NCBI GenBank assembly: GCA_964603615.1
Contig: CAZRVU010000007.1
Coordinates: 12,501 to 76,500, forward strand
DNA: 64,000 nt
Source of the DNA: an uncultured Desulfovibrionaceae bacterium
Lineage (GTDB): Bacteria > Bacillota > Dethiobacteria > DTU022 > UBA8154
Reading direction: 5' to 3'
In this document: piece after piece, positions 63,200 through 64,000 of the stretch
Numbering within the stretch: position 1 is the stretch's first letter
Layout: every line of letters starts with the position of its first letter
Made by a program: the position numbers and the translations under genes
The notes under the pieces: generated by a model
Databases searched by the model: none
Seen by the model: the letters and a program-made list of their open reading frames with translations, nothing else
What the model was told of the DNA's origin: nothing

Positions 63200-64000
63200 T
63201 CAAGCAATATCAGGGATAAAGCCATCAAATTGGGCACGATATAGCCTGGCGTAGTAGCCACCTTTCCTCAAAAGCTGCTTATGCGTGCCTTCTTCTACAA
63301 TACCGTCGTCGGTAAGAACGAGAATACGGTGGGCGCGGCGCACGGTGGTAAGGCGGTGGGCAATCACCAGTGTGCTGCGATCCCTGGAGAGCTGAAAAAG
63401 GGCCTCTTGAATCATGGCCTCTGTTTCATTGTCAAGGGCTGAAGTGGCCTCGTCCAGGATTAAAACGGGCGGGTTTTTAAGGAAGATCCTGGCGATGGCG
63501 ATGCGTTGCCGCTGACCGCCTGAAAGCATTATCCCGCGTTCACCGGTATAGGTATCATAACCTTTTTCCAGTTCCATAATAAACTCATGTGCGTTAGCCT
63601 GCATTGCTGCCTCTCTGATCTCCTCATCTGTAGTATCAATCCGACCGTAAGCAATATTTTCCTTGATGGTTCCATTAAAGAGATAGACATCTTGTTGCAC
63701 GATGCCGATGTTTTGCCGTAGCGATCTCTGCGTAAAATTACGGATATCGGTGCCGTCTAAATAGATGTTTCCTCCTTGAATATCGTAGAAACGGGGTATA
63801 AGGTTGCAGATCGTGGTTTTCCCGGCGCCGGAGGGGCCAACCAGAGCTACTGTTTCCCCGGGAGCAATGCGCAGACTGGCATTTTCAATGATATTCTTAT
63901 CGCGGTTATAGCTAAAAGTTACGTTATCTAAAACAATTTCACCGTCAAGACGCCCTGCCTGACGGGCCCCTTTTTTATCTACAATTTCAGGTTCAACTTC
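63200..64000 (-). CDS. ABC exporter ATP-binding domain (MsbA/multidrug-type), 3' portion. The gene continues beyond the window end.
   Basis: Reverse-strand translation gives the Walker A GPSGAGKTT, the Q-loop, signature LSGGQRQRIAIAR and Walker B ILDEATSALD. The reading frame is open to position 64000. Confidence 0.8.
   Translation of the reverse strand, partial: EVEPEIVDKKGARQAGRLDGEIVLDNVTFSYNRDKNIIENASLRIAPGETVALVGPSGAGKTTICNLIPRFYDIQGGNIYLDGTDIRNFTQRSLRQNIGIVQQDVYLFNGTIKENIAYGRIDTTDEEIREAAMQANAHEFIMELEKGYDTYTGERGIMLSGGQRQRIAIARIFLKNPPVLILDEATSALDNETEAMIQEALFQLSRDRSTLVIAHRLTTVRRAHRILVLTDDGIVEEGTHKQLLRKGGYYARLYRAQFDGFIPDIA

Overview
This is a 64-kb chromosomal segment from an anaerobic Firmicutes (Clostridia-type) genome. 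Gene content and synteny suggest a Peptococcaceae/Desulfotomaculum–Pelotomaculum-like organism, but that is inference only. Almost all of it is core housekeeping DNA, mostly on the + strand.

Gene content, in order:
- The 3' end of a NuoF-like diaphorase subunit, then a selenocysteine-containing formate dehydrogenase alpha subunit (in-frame TGA followed by a SECIS-like hairpin) and fdhD.
- A radical-SAM enzyme convergent with an unusual P-loop/Asp23 fusion protein.
- An orphan acyl-CoA carboxyltransferase.
- A T-box leader followed by argCJBDF.
- A FapA(DUF342) protein, then mogA/moaB and a cobO-type corrinoid adenosyltransferase.
- groES-groEL with a perfect CIRCE operator.
- A stand-alone GMP-synthase PP-ATPase subunit, purE-F-M-N-H-D and ligA.
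- A ComFB-like gene, a short ArgA-like GNAT, a macro-domain protein and a PaaI thioesterase.
- A NusG_II protein, yceD-rpmF-plsX-fabHDG-acpP-fabF-rnc, spoVS, smc-ftsY-ffh, rpsP-KH-rimM-trmD-rplS, lepB, rbgA, rnhB, yraN and comM.
- A CooC-like ATPase + FecCDE/BtuCDF-type ABC importer + FmdE-domain protein + flavin reductase + SAM methyltransferase cluster.
- The 3' part of an ABC exporter on the - strand.

No CRISPR array, tRNA, rRNA, integrase or transposase gene was seen.

The most unusual signals are non-coding:
- A ~228-bp element with 12-bp terminal inverted repeats sits in two ~95%-identical copies in opposite orientation (21948-22175 and 34434-34661), bracketing the guaA'-pur-ligA block. 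It looks like a MITE or a duplicated small RNA.
- A T-box riboswitch (probable Arg specifier) lies in front of argCJBDF.
- A ~25-40-nt sequence motif recurs upstream of groES, ligA and rpsP.
- A tandem 33-bp palindromic repeat and GTTTCAGG-type repeats lie in the 700-bp cobO-groES spacer.
- Triplicated GTCCCCNCTTGAAAA repeats lie ahead of the CooC/ABC/FmdE cluster.

I could not identify a classical defence or mobile system. The candidate novel modules are the CooC-ABC-FmdE-flavin reductase-methyltransferase cluster and the radical-SAM / P-loop-Asp23 gene pair.
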